Shown here in pieces: positions 7,636 to 16,231 of a stretch of 48,044 nucleotides of DNA (its first letter is position 1; each line of letters opens with the position of its first letter). This DNA is from an uncultured Candidatus Peribacteria bacterium (GTDB lineage: Bacteria > Patescibacteriota > Gracilibacteria > UBA1369 > UM-FILTER-53-11). Where the stretch lies: contig CAYHBN010000002.1 of the NCBI GenBank assembly GCA_964354865.1, forward strand, positions 1-48,044, in the 5' to 3' direction. A model generated the notes under the pieces. It saw only the letters and a list, made by a program, of their open reading frames with translations, was not told the origin of the DNA and searched no databases. Both the position numbers and the translations under genes were made by a program.

Positions 7636-8538
7636 ATGAATTTTGAAAAGATAAAAAACGAATTGCCCACTATTCGGCAAAACGAAGCCTTAAAGTCACA
7701 CTCAACCTTTCGGGTTGGGGGAGTCTCCGACCTCTTTTTTGAAGCACGAACGAAAGAATCACTTATGCAGGCAATCTCGCTTGCGTACAAAGAAAACATT
7801 CCCTATGTCATTATCGGTCGCGGTACCAACATTCTTTTTACCGATAAAGGCTTCAGTGGGCTGGTGATAAAAAACATCGCCTCTTCAATGACTGTTTCAG
7901 GGAATTTCATTCAAGCCGATGGGGGAGCACTCTGGGCTCAAATCGTAAATGAGGCGGTAAAACATAATCTAACCGGAGTTGAACCGCTCTATGGACTACC
8001 CGGGTCAATCGGCGCCGCAGTATGGGGGAACGCTGGCGTACCAGCGATAGAAACTGGCGCACTCGTTCGCTCAATCGATGTATTTAATCCACATGACGGA
8101 CTTCGCACTATCGACCTTCGTCAAAATAAAAATGGCATTAATTTCGAATACCGTCACACCTCTCTGCAAGATTCAATCGATATCGTGGTTTCAGTAGTTA
8201 TGGAACTCAAACCCGGCAATGCAGAAGAATCTAAAAAACTCATGAAAGAAGTAAATGAAGCGCGATTAGCAAAACAACCTATTGGATTTTCAGCAGGATC
8301 ATTTTTCAAAAATCCAACAAAAGAAAAATCAGCAGGAATGTTAATTGATCAAGCGGGTTTAAAAGGATTTTCGATCGGTGACGCAGAAATCAGCACAAAA
8401 CATGGAAACTTTTTCATTAATAAAGGCAATGCAACCTTCGCAGATATAATGGCGCTCAAAGAAGCCGCAATGAAGGCAGTAAAAGAAAAATTCGACATCA
8501 CTCTCCAGATGGAGGCGCGAGTAATAGGAGAGCGGTAA
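7636..8538 (+). CDS. murB: UDP-N-acetylenolpyruvoylglucosamine reductase
   Basis: FAD-binding N-terminus (HSTFRVGG, IIGRGTNILF) and C-terminal SAGSFFKNP / ISTKHGNFFIN motifs. TATACT at 7621-7626 lies 9 nt upstream of the ATG. Confidence 0.9.
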   Translation: MNFEKIKNELPTIRQNEALKSHSTFRVGGVSDLFFEARTKESLMQAISLAYKENIPYVIIGRGTNILFTDKGFSGLVIKNIASSMTVSGNFIQADGGALWAQIVNEAVKHNLTGVEPLYGLPGSIGAAVWGNAGVPAIETGALVRSIDVFNPHDGLRTIDLRQNKNGINFEYRHTSLQDSIDIVVSVVMELKPGNAEESKKLMKEVNEARLAKQPIGFSAGSFFKNPTKEKSAGMLIDQAGLKGFSIGDAEISTKHGNFFINKGNATFADIMALKEAAMKAVKEKFDITLQMEARVIGER

Positions 8539-8584
8539 TATCTGTCAACTACTAAGTGCCTGGGGCTTTTGACCTGTAGGGGGA

Positions 8585-8613
8585 TTGAAAGTAAACTCAA
8601 AAAGTGGTATCAT
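8585..8613 (+). promoter_or_regulatory. Sigma-70-type promoter upstream of the pilin-like gene
   Basis: TTGAAA (8585-8590), a 17-nt spacer, then TGgTATCAT (-10 at 8608-8613). Confidence 0.55.
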
Positions 8614-8649
8614 AATCTGATACAAAATAAATTAATATCTTTATTCTCT

Positions 8650-9045
8650 ATGAAAGCAATCAAACAGTTCGCGTTGACCCTTGGTCTTACTACCGCAGGA
8701 CTACTTCTGCTCAACCTCTTCGGAGCTAATGTTGCATTCGCACAAGCAGCCCTTGATCCTACACAAGATTCTATTCCAATCGTAAGCCAGCTCTCTGGTG
8801 GTCAAACAAGCCTTCGTGGCATTATTTTGACTGTCGTTAACTTTTTCCTTACCTTCTTAGGTCTTCTTACAGTGGTTATGGTTATTTACGGAGGTTTCTT
8901 ATACGTAAGCGCTGCTGGTAACGAAGATAACGTAGGTAAAGCAAAAAAAATCCTTCTCTTCTCAGTTATTGGTATCGTGATCATCGTTGCTTCATTCGCA
9001 TTCGTGAACACAATCCTTCAAGTTGGTTCTTCTACAGGACAATAG
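8650..9045 (+). CDS. Type IV secretion system pilin-like protein (TrbC/VirB2-like, the CPR-typical family)
   Basis: Signal peptide ending VAFAQA, then two TM helices flanking IYGGFLYVSAAGNEDNVGKAKK, matching the T4SS_pilin family pattern as I recall it. Start set at ATG 8650. Confidence 0.65.
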   Translation: MKAIKQFALTLGLTTAGLLLLNLFGANVAFAQAALDPTQDSIPIVSQLSGGQTSLRGIILTVVNFFLTFLGLLTVVMVIYGGFLYVSAAGNEDNVGKAKKILLFSVIGIVIIVASFAFVNTILQVGSSTGQ

Positions 9046-9149
9046 ACACGAGCACCAGCGAGTGTCATGGAGTGCCTTTGGCACGAGCACCGGCGAGGAT
9101 CCGCGAGGACCGAACCCATGATTCTGCCACCCTTAAAAAGATCTATTAA

Positions 9150-9179
9150 AAAGCCCGGCCTAAAAAGTCGGGCTTTTTT
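9150..9179. terminator. Rho-independent terminator, possibly bidirectional
   Basis: AGCCCG...CGGGCT stem flanked by an A-run on the 5' side and TTTTTT on the 3' side. It lies between convergent genes. Confidence 0.7.
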
Positions 9180-9245
9180 GTTACCATGCCGAAAGCACTG
9201 CCACCCAAATTTGGAGGCACAAAAATTATGCAAAACCGTATCGGT

Positions 9246-9788
9246 TTACGCAGGCACCAACTCAACCTCCACTTTTTTTGCTGCTTTGACCTTACTAGAA
9301 TCTTTAATCAAAATACTATCAGTAGTAATCTCAATAATATTTTTTGCTGAAAGGATTCTTTCGCTATATCTCACAAACAAAAATAGCTTAGAAGTGTAGA
9401 TATTGACGAGATTACCAATAGTAATATCTAATTCTAAATCAACGACACGGCCAACGTATTCATTTTTCTCATCCTTTTTATCTATATACACGGGCAAACC
9501 AAGTACAGAGGGAATTTTTTTAAGGATTTTATGCACGCGTACCACCTCATTCTGCTCAAGCAGATCTTCACCTGAGTGAACAAAGAAAACACTTTGAAAA
9601 AAACGAGTATCGCGAAGCAACAAAACCTTTCGATTGTGTGTCATAAATGCAACCAGCGCGCCCGTATCAGGATCGATAATAACATCACGAATAAGAGCAA
9701 TAGGCCCTGTTGGCATTGAATCCTCGTAAATAGGCATTCCTGTAAGCTCAGAAAGAAGTTTTGTCATAGTCGAGCTAAATTGTAACAC
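9246..9788 (-). CDS. PRC-barrel domain protein (two tandem PRC barrels)
   Basis: LTGMPIYEDS...GPIALIRDVIIDPDTGALVAF and VLGLPVYIDKK...YVGRVVDLELD resemble YlmC/YmxH-type PRC barrels. Confidence 0.55.
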   Translation of the reverse strand: MLQFSSTMTKLLSELTGMPIYEDSMPTGPIALIRDVIIDPDTGALVAFMTHNRKVLLLRDTRFFQSVFFVHSGEDLLEQNEVVRVHKILKKIPSVLGLPVYIDKKDEKNEYVGRVVDLELDITIGNLVNIYTSKLFLFVRYSERILSAKNIIEITTDSILIKDSSKVKAAKKVEVELVPA

Positions 9789-9872
9789 GAGATGCAGCTC
9801 TGTTTCAGATGAGGTTGAAAAGATTATAAAAGATGGCTATATTCATTGGCGACGTACGCAGTGAGTAAATAT

Positions 9873-9949
9873 CGGGGTGTGGCGAAGTTGGCTATCGCGC
9901 CTGGTTTGGGACCAGGAGGCCCTGGGTTCGAGTCCCAGCACCCCGACCA
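9873..9949 (+). tRNA. tRNA-Pro (anticodon UGG), CCA encoded
   Basis: Acceptor CGGGGTG/CACCCCG. Anticodon stem CCTGG/CCAGG with loop TT-TGG-GA. T-arm CTGGG-TTCGAGT-CCCAG. Confidence 0.9.
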
Positions 9950-9962
9950 TTCTCAAAATCCT

Positions 9963-10298
9963 ATGCAAACAATACAATGGAGCGATTTCGAAAAGGTATG
10001 CATCGCGGTTGGGACCGTTATTGCGGTTGAGGGTTTTCCGGAAGCACGAAAGCCTGCATACAAGATTACAGCTGATTTTGGGGAGCATGGTATTAAAAAA
10101 TCAAGCGCGCAGATCACCGAGTTATATTCAAAAGAAGAGCTTATTGGAAAGCAAATAATCGGTGTCATAAATTTTGCACCAAAACAAATTGGCCCTTTTA
10201 TATCAGAGTTTTTAGTCACCGGTTTTTATAGAGAGGATGGCAAAGTCGTACTCGCGGTTCCTGACGCAGAGGTAAAAAACGGCAGCAAATTGGGATAA
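9963..10298 (+). CDS. tRNA-binding domain protein (CsaA/YgjH/EMAP-like)
   Basis: 111 aa. ...[43 protein letters not shown] is typical of CsaA. Start moved to ATG 9963 because the ORF-track start lies inside tRNA-Pro. Confidence 0.8.
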   Translation: MQTIQWSDFEKVCIAVGTVIAVEGFPEARKPAYKITADFGEHGIKKSSAQITELYSKEELIGKQIIGVINFAPKQIGPFISEFLVTGFYREDGKVVLAVPDAEVKNGSKLG

Positions 10299-10397
10299 AA
10301 TTCGACAATATTGATTTTCGATATAAAAGAAGAATATAACGTATGTGTACAAATGCGATCTTGCGCAAAACGTATATTTATGTTATAGTAGCATTAT

Positions 10398-10700
10398 ATG
10401 GCGAATATTCTTACTCTAAATAGTGACCGGCTGGGAAGAGCAGCCGAAGGCATAGACAATAGGGCAGAGGTAAATAATGGCCCAAATATTTTAAACAAAA
10501 TACGAATGATGGCACATACAGCAGCTAATCGCGTATTTGGAACAACGCCAACACCAAACCTTACTAAGGGTCCATTTTCAGATGACGAATGGGCACTATT
10601 ATCGCTAGACCAAAAAGAAAACGCACTAAAATGGCTTACGTATAGAGACCCAACACCCGAAGAAGAAGAAGCAAGTATTCAAAGCCGACTTCAGCATTAA
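10398..10700 (+). CDS. Hypothetical protein (100 aa)
   Basis: ORF preceded by TGtTATAGT (10381-10389), 8 nt upstream of the ATG. No motif recognised. Confidence 0.45.
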   Translation: MANILTLNSDRLGRAAEGIDNRAEVNNGPNILNKIRMMAHTAANRVFGTTPTPNLTKGPFSDDEWALLSLDQKENALKWLTYRDPTPEEEEASIQSRLQH

Positions 10701-10892
10701 TTCAGGATTAAAGCCATTTAGTTGACTTTATCGGCATACAAGCTCACAATTGCTACGGTTTTGTTTCTTAGTTTGCGTTTCTTTAAGTAATCCTGGGCTT
10801 ATGGTTAGGTCGACAGTAAGCCATACAGTGTATGAATCAGAGAATGCAACTTGAGACTCGCCGAATTCTCTATTTATTAAGTTTTTCACAGT

Positions 10893-11234
10893 ATGGCAAA
10901 GAAATTATACGTAGGAGGCCTAGCATGGGCTACTACAGACGACAGTCTACGCGCAGCATTTGCTGCAGCAGGTAATGTCGACGAAGCAATCGTTATCAAG
11001 GATCGTATGTCAGGCCGATCAAAAGGCTTTGGCTTCGTAACTATGTCTAACGACGATGAGGCAGCAGCTGCTATCTCAATGTTCAACGACAAAGAAATCG
11101 ACGGTCGCCGCGTTTCAGTTAATGAAGCACGCCCTATGGAGCCACGAGCTCCACGCGAGGGAGGTTTCCGCCGCAATAGTGGTGGTTACAATGGTGGCAG
11201 CCGCGATGACCAAGGTCAAGGCGACAGCTGGTAA
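10893..11234 (+). CDS. RRM-type RNA-binding protein with RGG-like tail
   Basis: RNP-2 (LYVGGL) and RNP-1 (KGFGFVTM) motifs, with a Gly/Arg-rich C-terminus. Confidence 0.9.
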   Translation: MAKKLYVGGLAWATTDDSLRAAFAAAGNVDEAIVIKDRMSGRSKGFGFVTMSNDDEAAAAISMFNDKEIDGRRVSVNEARPMEPRAPREGGFRRNSGGYNGGSRDDQGQGDSW

Positions 11235-11282
11235 TCACATAGTCCTTTAGGACTTTGTATTCCACCTACTCTATGAGTACTT

Positions 11283-11314
11283 AAAATCCCCCGAATAATT
11301 CGGGGGATTTTTTT
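11283..11314. terminator. Bidirectional rho-independent terminator
   Basis: AAAATCCCCCG-AATAATT-CGGGGGATTTT is a perfect stem flanked by A- and T-runs. It lies between the convergent RRM gene and ybeY. Confidence 0.85.
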
Positions 11315-11338
11315 GTCACGAACCAAAATCAAAGCCTT

Positions 11339-11857
11339 TTACAATTTTCGCCCCAATATTTTGTACGTAAGCTTAAGCATATGCGACTCTTCGTCGGGCT
11401 TCATGTGATCGTATCCAAAGACATGCAAGAGTCCGTGTACGAATAAAAACTTGAGCTCATCGTTCAAAGACTGTCCAATTTTTTTTGCTTGGATAGTCGC
11501 GTAGGGAACACTAATGAAAATTTCACCGGCCAGTGAAGCTGGCCCGCCAGCTTCACATTTGTACCCCTGCATTTTTTTGCCACCCTGCATTACATTGCCC
11601 CACATGTCCCCATTTTCAAACATATCCTGAAAATAACTTACCGATACAACGTCTGTAGGTCGTGACTTGTTATGATACTGGGTATTCAGTTGAGTAATCG
11701 CTTTTGTTCCAACTAATGAGACCTCGACCGACCAACAATCATTTTTGGATAGTCGACCATCGCGGACTAACTCCTTCATGGCAGAATCGAGGAGTTTTTT
11801 AAAAAGGAGTTGGCTAACCGTCGTACGGGTTTTGTTATAAAAATCGAGAGAAATCAT
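11339..11857 (-). CDS. ybeY: rRNA maturation endoribonuclease YbeY
   Basis: HGLLHVFGYDH zinc-binding motif. At 172 aa it carries a Gly-rich insertion relative to the usual size of about 150 aa. Confidence 0.85.
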   Translation of the reverse strand: MISLDFYNKTRTTVSQLLFKKLLDSAMKELVRDGRLSKNDCWSVEVSLVGTKAITQLNTQYHNKSRPTDVVSVSYFQDMFENGDMWGNVMQGGKKMQGYKCEAGGPASLAGEIFISVPYATIQAKKIGQSLNDELKFLFVHGLLHVFGYDHMKPDEESHMLKLTYKILGRKL

Positions 11858-12390
11858 AGGCGACGCAGTATATCATACACAACAATCCCCGTTGCAGTGG
11901 CAACATTCAATGATGAGGCGCGACCATACATGGGGATATCCACCGAGTAGTCAGACACATCTAACGCTTCTTGCGAAACTCCCGAAACTTCGTTCCCGAC
12001 TATCAATGCAATGGGGAATTCTTTTTTCAAAAAAACTTTTTGAGAGGAATAGGGGATCGACGTGTCGGTTTGTTCAAGTGAGACGAGTGTATACCCGGAT
12101 TTTTCCAAATCCTCTAAAATTTCTGAAATAGTCTCGAAATACTGCCACTGCACGACATCTGCCGCACCAAGTGCAGTTTTGTCTATATGAGCCGAGGGCG
12201 GTCGGGGCGTGACTCCAACTAAATAAATTTTCTCTAAAAGTGCCGCATCGGCAGTGCGGAAAATTGCACCAACATTATGCGCAGAGCGCAGATTGTCGAG
12301 CACAAGTACAAGAGGGTGTCGTGTGAGTTTATTTACCGATTGCACAGACCGTTTTTTATTTTGCATTTCTTCTTGAGTGAACTTGCGCAT
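11854..12390 (-). CDS. SpoU/TrmH-family RNA 2'-O-methyltransferase
   Basis: LVLDNLRSAHNVGAIFRTADA, IVGNEVSGVS and SLNVATATGIVVYD are SPOUT motifs 1-3. Overlaps ybeY by 4 nt. Confidence 0.85.
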   Translation of the reverse strand: MRKFTQEEMQNKKRSVQSVNKLTRHPLVLVLDNLRSAHNVGAIFRTADAALLEKIYLVGVTPRPPSAHIDKTALGAADVVQWQYFETISEILEDLEKSGYTLVSLEQTDTSIPYSSQKVFLKKEFPIALIVGNEVSGVSQEALDVSDYSVDIPMYGRASSLNVATATGIVVYDILRRL

Positions 12391-12497
12391 AGAGAGTTAT
12401 TTTGACAATTCTAAGAAAATTGACTTTATAACAAATAAGTTTTTAAATGCGGGAGACATATCTGTCGACATTATAGACACGATACGTCTTAAACACT

Positions 12498-13223
12498 ATG
12501 ACAACTCTCACTCAACAATCTTCAACAGTAGACAGACAACAAGCGAGCAAAATACTCAACGTATCGGTACGAACAATCGACAGATACATTAAAAGCGGGC
12601 GTCTACCAGCCTACCAAAAAAGCGGACGCATTTGGTTACGCAAAAGCGACATTATCGAATTATCGAAGGGAACACTCGTAACTAAACATGTCGACACTCA
12701 GACAGATAATGTAATTCGAGGAACTTCTGCACGCAGCAACTCTTCTTTTTCTAACGCACCTTCTGCTCAAGAAATTAATGCACTCATTCACAATGCAAAT
12801 CAGCAAGAATCACAAATAACACAAACAGCTCCACGCGAATTTATTGGAGTTCAGGCAGATGCTAGTTTTTACAAAGATTTGTATGAAGAAGCACAGAAAC
12901 GACTAAATGATTCTCAGAAAAAACACGAGCATACACAGGCACACATGAGTGAACTCGAAACTCAAATCTTACGACTTACCACTTCTCAGCAGGGAATGAT
13001 TGCTGCAAATATTGCAGCTCAAACAGCGCCGATCATGAAACATTCAGACTCTAATGAGGGCTTTAAAATCGATCTTTTGAAAAAAGAGGTCGAAGATAAA
13101 GAGAAGGAGATTACTATCTTGAAAGAACTCGTTGTAAAAGAGAAAGACAATAAGACTGCTTTTGCAGTTATTACATACACACTTCTCGCGCTACAGCCTG
13201 TGTTTTGGTATTTCTTACGTTAG
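12498..13223 (+). CDS. Excisionase-type HTH protein with coiled coil and C-terminal TM anchor
   Basis: ASKILNVSVRTIDRYIKSGRLPAYQKSGRIWLRKSDI (HTH_17-like), a long coiled coil, and a terminal hydrophobic helix AFAVITYTLLALQPVFWYFL. Confidence 0.6.
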   Translation: MTTLTQQSSTVDRQQASKILNVSVRTIDRYIKSGRLPAYQKSGRIWLRKSDIIELSKGTLVTKHVDTQTDNVIRGTSARSNSSFSNAPSAQEINALIHNANQQESQITQTAPREFIGVQADASFYKDLYEEAQKRLNDSQKKHEHTQAHMSELETQILRLTTSQQGMIAANIAAQTAPIMKHSDSNEGFKIDLLKKEVEDKEKEITILKELVVKEKDNKTAFAVITYTLLALQPVFWYFLR

Positions 13224-13822
13224 CGTATAACAATACTATCTCGTTGAGCAACGATAACCTTTAAATCGGGGAATGCTTTTTTGATGCGATCCACAAATCC
13301 TCCAGTCTGCGATACTGCATTACGTAAGTCTATTTGAGGTCCAATTACTGAAATAGTATAAGGAGGCCTTAAAAAGTTCGAACGCATTAATAGCCCCCCT
13401 GAAACGTCTCGCAGACCAGCAGTTCGATCAAGATATCGATTCCCGTTAATAGCCAACACTTCTGCCCCACTACTCGTGAGCTGTGCGAGTAAATCAACTA
13501 CCCAAAAAGCAGGTACCGATTTATCGATCGTTACCTCTATACCTTCGCCCGTGACGGCCTCTAATCCTGCAGCAAGGCGCAATGCATCTATTTCACGTAC
13601 AATGGACTGTTCGGCCAGCTGAGAGCTTAAAATGTCTATTTTTTTGTGTTCATCTGCCACTGTTTTTCTCATTTCTTGGTTTGCCAACTGAAAAACACTC
13701 ACCTCGGAAATAATATTTTTGCTCGTCACTACTCCACTGTTTTTTGCGTCACGATACGAACGAGCCTGCACAACGAGTAGAGTGCATGTAATAAGAATAA
13801 TAATTGCAAGAATTTTCTTCAT
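13220..13822 (-). CDS. DUF881 family protein (YlxW/YlxX-like, division-associated)
   Basis: N-terminal TM helix, a coiled coil, and SSGAEVLAINGNRYLDRTAGLRDVSG, which is typical of DUF881. Confidence 0.7.
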   Translation of the reverse strand: MKKILAIIILITCTLLVVQARSYRDAKNSGVVTSKNIISEVSVFQLANQEMRKTVADEHKKIDILSSQLAEQSIVREIDALRLAAGLEAVTGEGIEVTIDKSVPAFWVVDLLAQLTSSGAEVLAINGNRYLDRTAGLRDVSGGLLMRSNFLRPPYTISVIGPQIDLRNAVSQTGGFVDRIKKAFPDLKVIVAQRDSIVIR

Positions 13823-14532
13823 AATGAAAGTAACGTATCGGGAACAAGAAGCTTTGTATCAACAAAAGGTTTTAATGAATCATACGAAGGTATTGAAATT
13901 TTCCCAACTCTTTCAACTACTACTTTTATTTTTTTGATCTTCGTTTCTTTTACTCCATAGAAAAGCGCTTCGTAGTTTCCGATTGCTTCAATTGTAAAAG
14001 GAGAAGAGACCTGCCTGTTGCCTAAAAATACCGTATCGAAGGCATCTCGAATTGGCATAAGTGAGCTGACACGAGCACCATTGACCGTGATAGCCTGTGC
14101 TCCTTGTAGAAAAAGTACATTAACAATATCACGCATATCGGCAGCGGTAAGATAACTACCACCCGCGACGCCATCTTCGATAGTTATACGAATACCGGAA
14201 CCGGCAAGGGGCTGTATACCAGCATTCTCACGTAATAACTTGAGTTGATTTTGCAATTTTTTAGAGGAATTTTTCTCTGTTACTACTTCTAATTCCTTTC
14301 TTTTCTTCTGTAGTTCTTGCAGCTCAACTGAAAGATCTTCGTGATTCACGGTAAAAGACTGTAATAAACTACGCTCTATTTGGAGTGTTTTTGAAATTCC
14401 CTCATTTGAAACATAGGTATCGGAGCGGATTTGAATAGCAAGCAAGGTACCAATAACTATGCCAACGACCAAAAACAACGAGCCCTGTAACCTGTAATGT
14501 TCGAATTTAGAAATAGAATGAGTCATCGTCAA
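13819..14532 (-). CDS. DUF881 family protein (second tandem paralogue)
   Basis: TM helix, coiled coil, and LQGAQAITVNGARVSSLMPIRDAFDTVFLG. Overlaps the downstream DUF881 gene by 4 nt. Confidence 0.7.
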   Translation of the reverse strand: MTMTHSISKFEHYRLQGSLFLVVGIVIGTLLAIQIRSDTYVSNEGISKTLQIERSLLQSFTVNHEDLSVELQELQKKRKELEVVTEKNSSKKLQNQLKLLRENAGIQPLAGSGIRITIEDGVAGGSYLTAADMRDIVNVLFLQGAQAITVNGARVSSLMPIRDAFDTVFLGNRQVSSPFTIEAIGNYEALFYGVKETKIKKIKVVVERVGKISIPSYDSLKPFVDTKLLVPDTLLSL

Positions 14533-15072
14533 CTGGTATTATTTGCGCTTTAGAATGTTTTTGATACAATGACGTGAATTTGTTATTTTGAAAACCAGCC
14601 AGAAACACTTCTCAATCATCATACTTCTTTACAGGAGATAAATGATATTGCAAGGCAGAGAGAAGAGCAAGAAACAAAAATACAAACAGCTCTCACAAAC
14701 AAATATAAAAATTAGTGAGTCTCAAAGCGAACCGTACTCTATATCTTGCTTTTCTTTCTGCTCTGCGATGGATCGGAATCACAACAGACCGTCCGATCCA
14801 CTCAAACAAAAACAAACACTCGGAGCCCATGTTTTCGACTTTACGTCGTCATGTTGCGCTCACCACGGGTAGCCGTTATGGTTCGACAAAAATAAAACCA
14901 AAGCACAGCAGACGCTTAAAATATTAGCGTCAAAAGGGGTTGGTCTCCCTTTGCTCTCTTGCTTCTCCGGAATTAATCCACGTTTACCTAACAAAATCTT
15001 TTTACCTGGTATTCATAGGATCCGGAGAGGCGGGGAGACAAAATATAGAGAATTAGGGAGTTAGAGGGATAG

Positions 15073-15094
15073 GAGCCGGAAGGGCTCTTTTTTT
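15073..15094 (+). terminator. Rho-independent terminator ending a plus-strand transcript with no convincing CDS
   Basis: GAGCC-GAAG-GGCTC hairpin followed by TTTTTTT. Confidence 0.6.
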
Positions 15095-15109
15095 GTGCCC
15101 TACCGCATA

Positions 15110-15138
15110 TTGACCAAAGTACGCATTAGAGGTATAGT
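15110..15138 (+). promoter_or_regulatory. Near-consensus sigma-70 promoter driving a leaderless transcript
   Basis: TTGACC (15110-15115), a 17-nt spacer, then TATAGT (15133-15138). The ATG at 15146 is 7 nt downstream of the -10 box. Confidence 0.75.
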
Positions 15139-15145
15139 AAACCAT

Positions 15146-15805
15146 ATGGAGAATACGCCTGCTAAGAAAAATCTCACTGTTGCACCGCTTGTTATTGCAG
15201 CTGCATTAAATACGCAACCTGCACACGCAGATCAGGTTGCCGCGGAGTACAAAAGGGTCAAAGCTGAGGCGAATGCCGCTTTGAACCGCCAAAATCACAT
15301 TACGAATCTAAACGGGGCACCTTCTAAAAGATACGGCCTCGATTCGATGAAAGCACTTAAAGGAACTGTTGAGCTCTGCACGACAGGATGGGAGAAACCA
15401 AATCCAACAGACAGTATTAATACTGAGGGAACAGTTGGCTACAAACGTGCTGGACCAAATTTTATTATCGAATTAGAAGAGACCACACCTACTCCTGGCC
15501 CTCTCGCCGATGTCGGCGCGTGTATCACTGACGGGCTACAAGAAGATTTTTATGAGATTGCTACGGCGGCGGACTGTAGAGTCCTCGGTATTATTGAACG
15601 TTCTGATATCTATAAACATACGTGGTGGACGCTTATATCGTGCGTCGAAAAAGATACCAATGAAATAAAACCGCTCACCGATGAAACGGCGGCAAATTCA
15701 ACAGAGCAGGTTGCTCAATCGTATCCTCAAGATACTCCACCCGCTATTCTCAATGTCTGCCAGTTCTGCGAAGAGAAAACTGAAGAAGAACTTTTGTGCC
15801 AGTAA
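15146..15805 (+). CDS. Secreted Cys-containing protein of unknown function
   Basis: Starts MENTPAKKNLTVAPLVIAAALNTQPAHA (signal peptide). Start chosen from the promoter geometry. Confidence 0.6.
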   Translation: MENTPAKKNLTVAPLVIAAALNTQPAHADQVAAEYKRVKAEANAALNRQNHITNLNGAPSKRYGLDSMKALKGTVELCTTGWEKPNPTDSINTEGTVGYKRAGPNFIIELEETTPTPGPLADVGACITDGLQEDFYEIATAADCRVLGIIERSDIYKHTWWTLISCVEKDTNEIKPLTDETAANSTEQVAQSYPQDTPPAILNVCQFCEEKTEEELLCQ

Positions 15806-15967
15806 TTATTTTTAGGACAAATATACATATATTTGAAGCCATTTTTAGCAATGCGTTCATTTTTTGTTCATATCCAGTTCATATTCATGTGATACAAATA
15901 CCCAGGCATTGAGAATAGGTGACAAATGGAGTACAGTTATACTCACAAATACTAATCTTCAAACTCT

Positions 15968-16231
15968 ATGCCAACCACACGAATGCAACACCGCGTCGAC
16001 TCCGAATTAAAAAAAGAAGCTGAATATATTCTCGCCGAACAAGGTATTCGTCCTGCACAAGCCATTACTATCTTTTATACCGAAATAAAGAGAACCGGCG
16101 GACTCCCATTTTTGCCAACAAAAGTGCCAAATAAAAGGCTCGCGGAAGATTTACGAGGTACTCAAATAAAACAGAACCTTAAAAAATATGCGAGTAAAAA
16201 AGCGCTCTTCGACTCACTCAACGATCTTTAA
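15968..16231 (+). CDS. dinJ: Type II antitoxin, RelB/DinJ family
   Basis: Ribbon-helix-helix N-terminus (RVDSELKKEAEYILAEQGIRPAQAITIFY) and GLPF. Its stop overlaps the toxin start (TAATG). Confidence 0.8.
   Translation: MPTTRMQHRVDSELKKEAEYILAEQGIRPAQAITIFYTEIKRTGGLPFLPTKVPNKRLAEDLRGTQIKQNLKKYASKKALFDSLNDL

Noticed and set aside
9047-9097. Direct repeat CACGAGCACC(A/G)GCGAG (9047-9062 and 9082-9097) downstream of the pilin-like gene
   Set aside because: There are only two copies of 16 nt with a 19-nt spacer. That is far too short and too few for a CRISPR array or a defined repeat family, so it is noted only as a curiosity.
9843-10088. Minus-strand 81-aa ORF, plus the N-terminal extension of the plus-strand 9846 ORF
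   Set aside because: Both cover tRNA-Pro. The real CDS (CsaA-like) starts at ATG 9963, just after the tRNA.
14867-14900. tmRNA-like 5' end (GGGTAGCCGTTATGGTTCGAC resembles GGGGxxxxxxGGxTTCGAC)
   Set aside because: Within about 450 nt downstream on the plus strand I found no tRNA-like T-arm (GGTTCGAnTCC), no complementary acceptor 3' strand with ACCA, and no plausible ...LAA tag frame. A permuted arrangement was also not evident.
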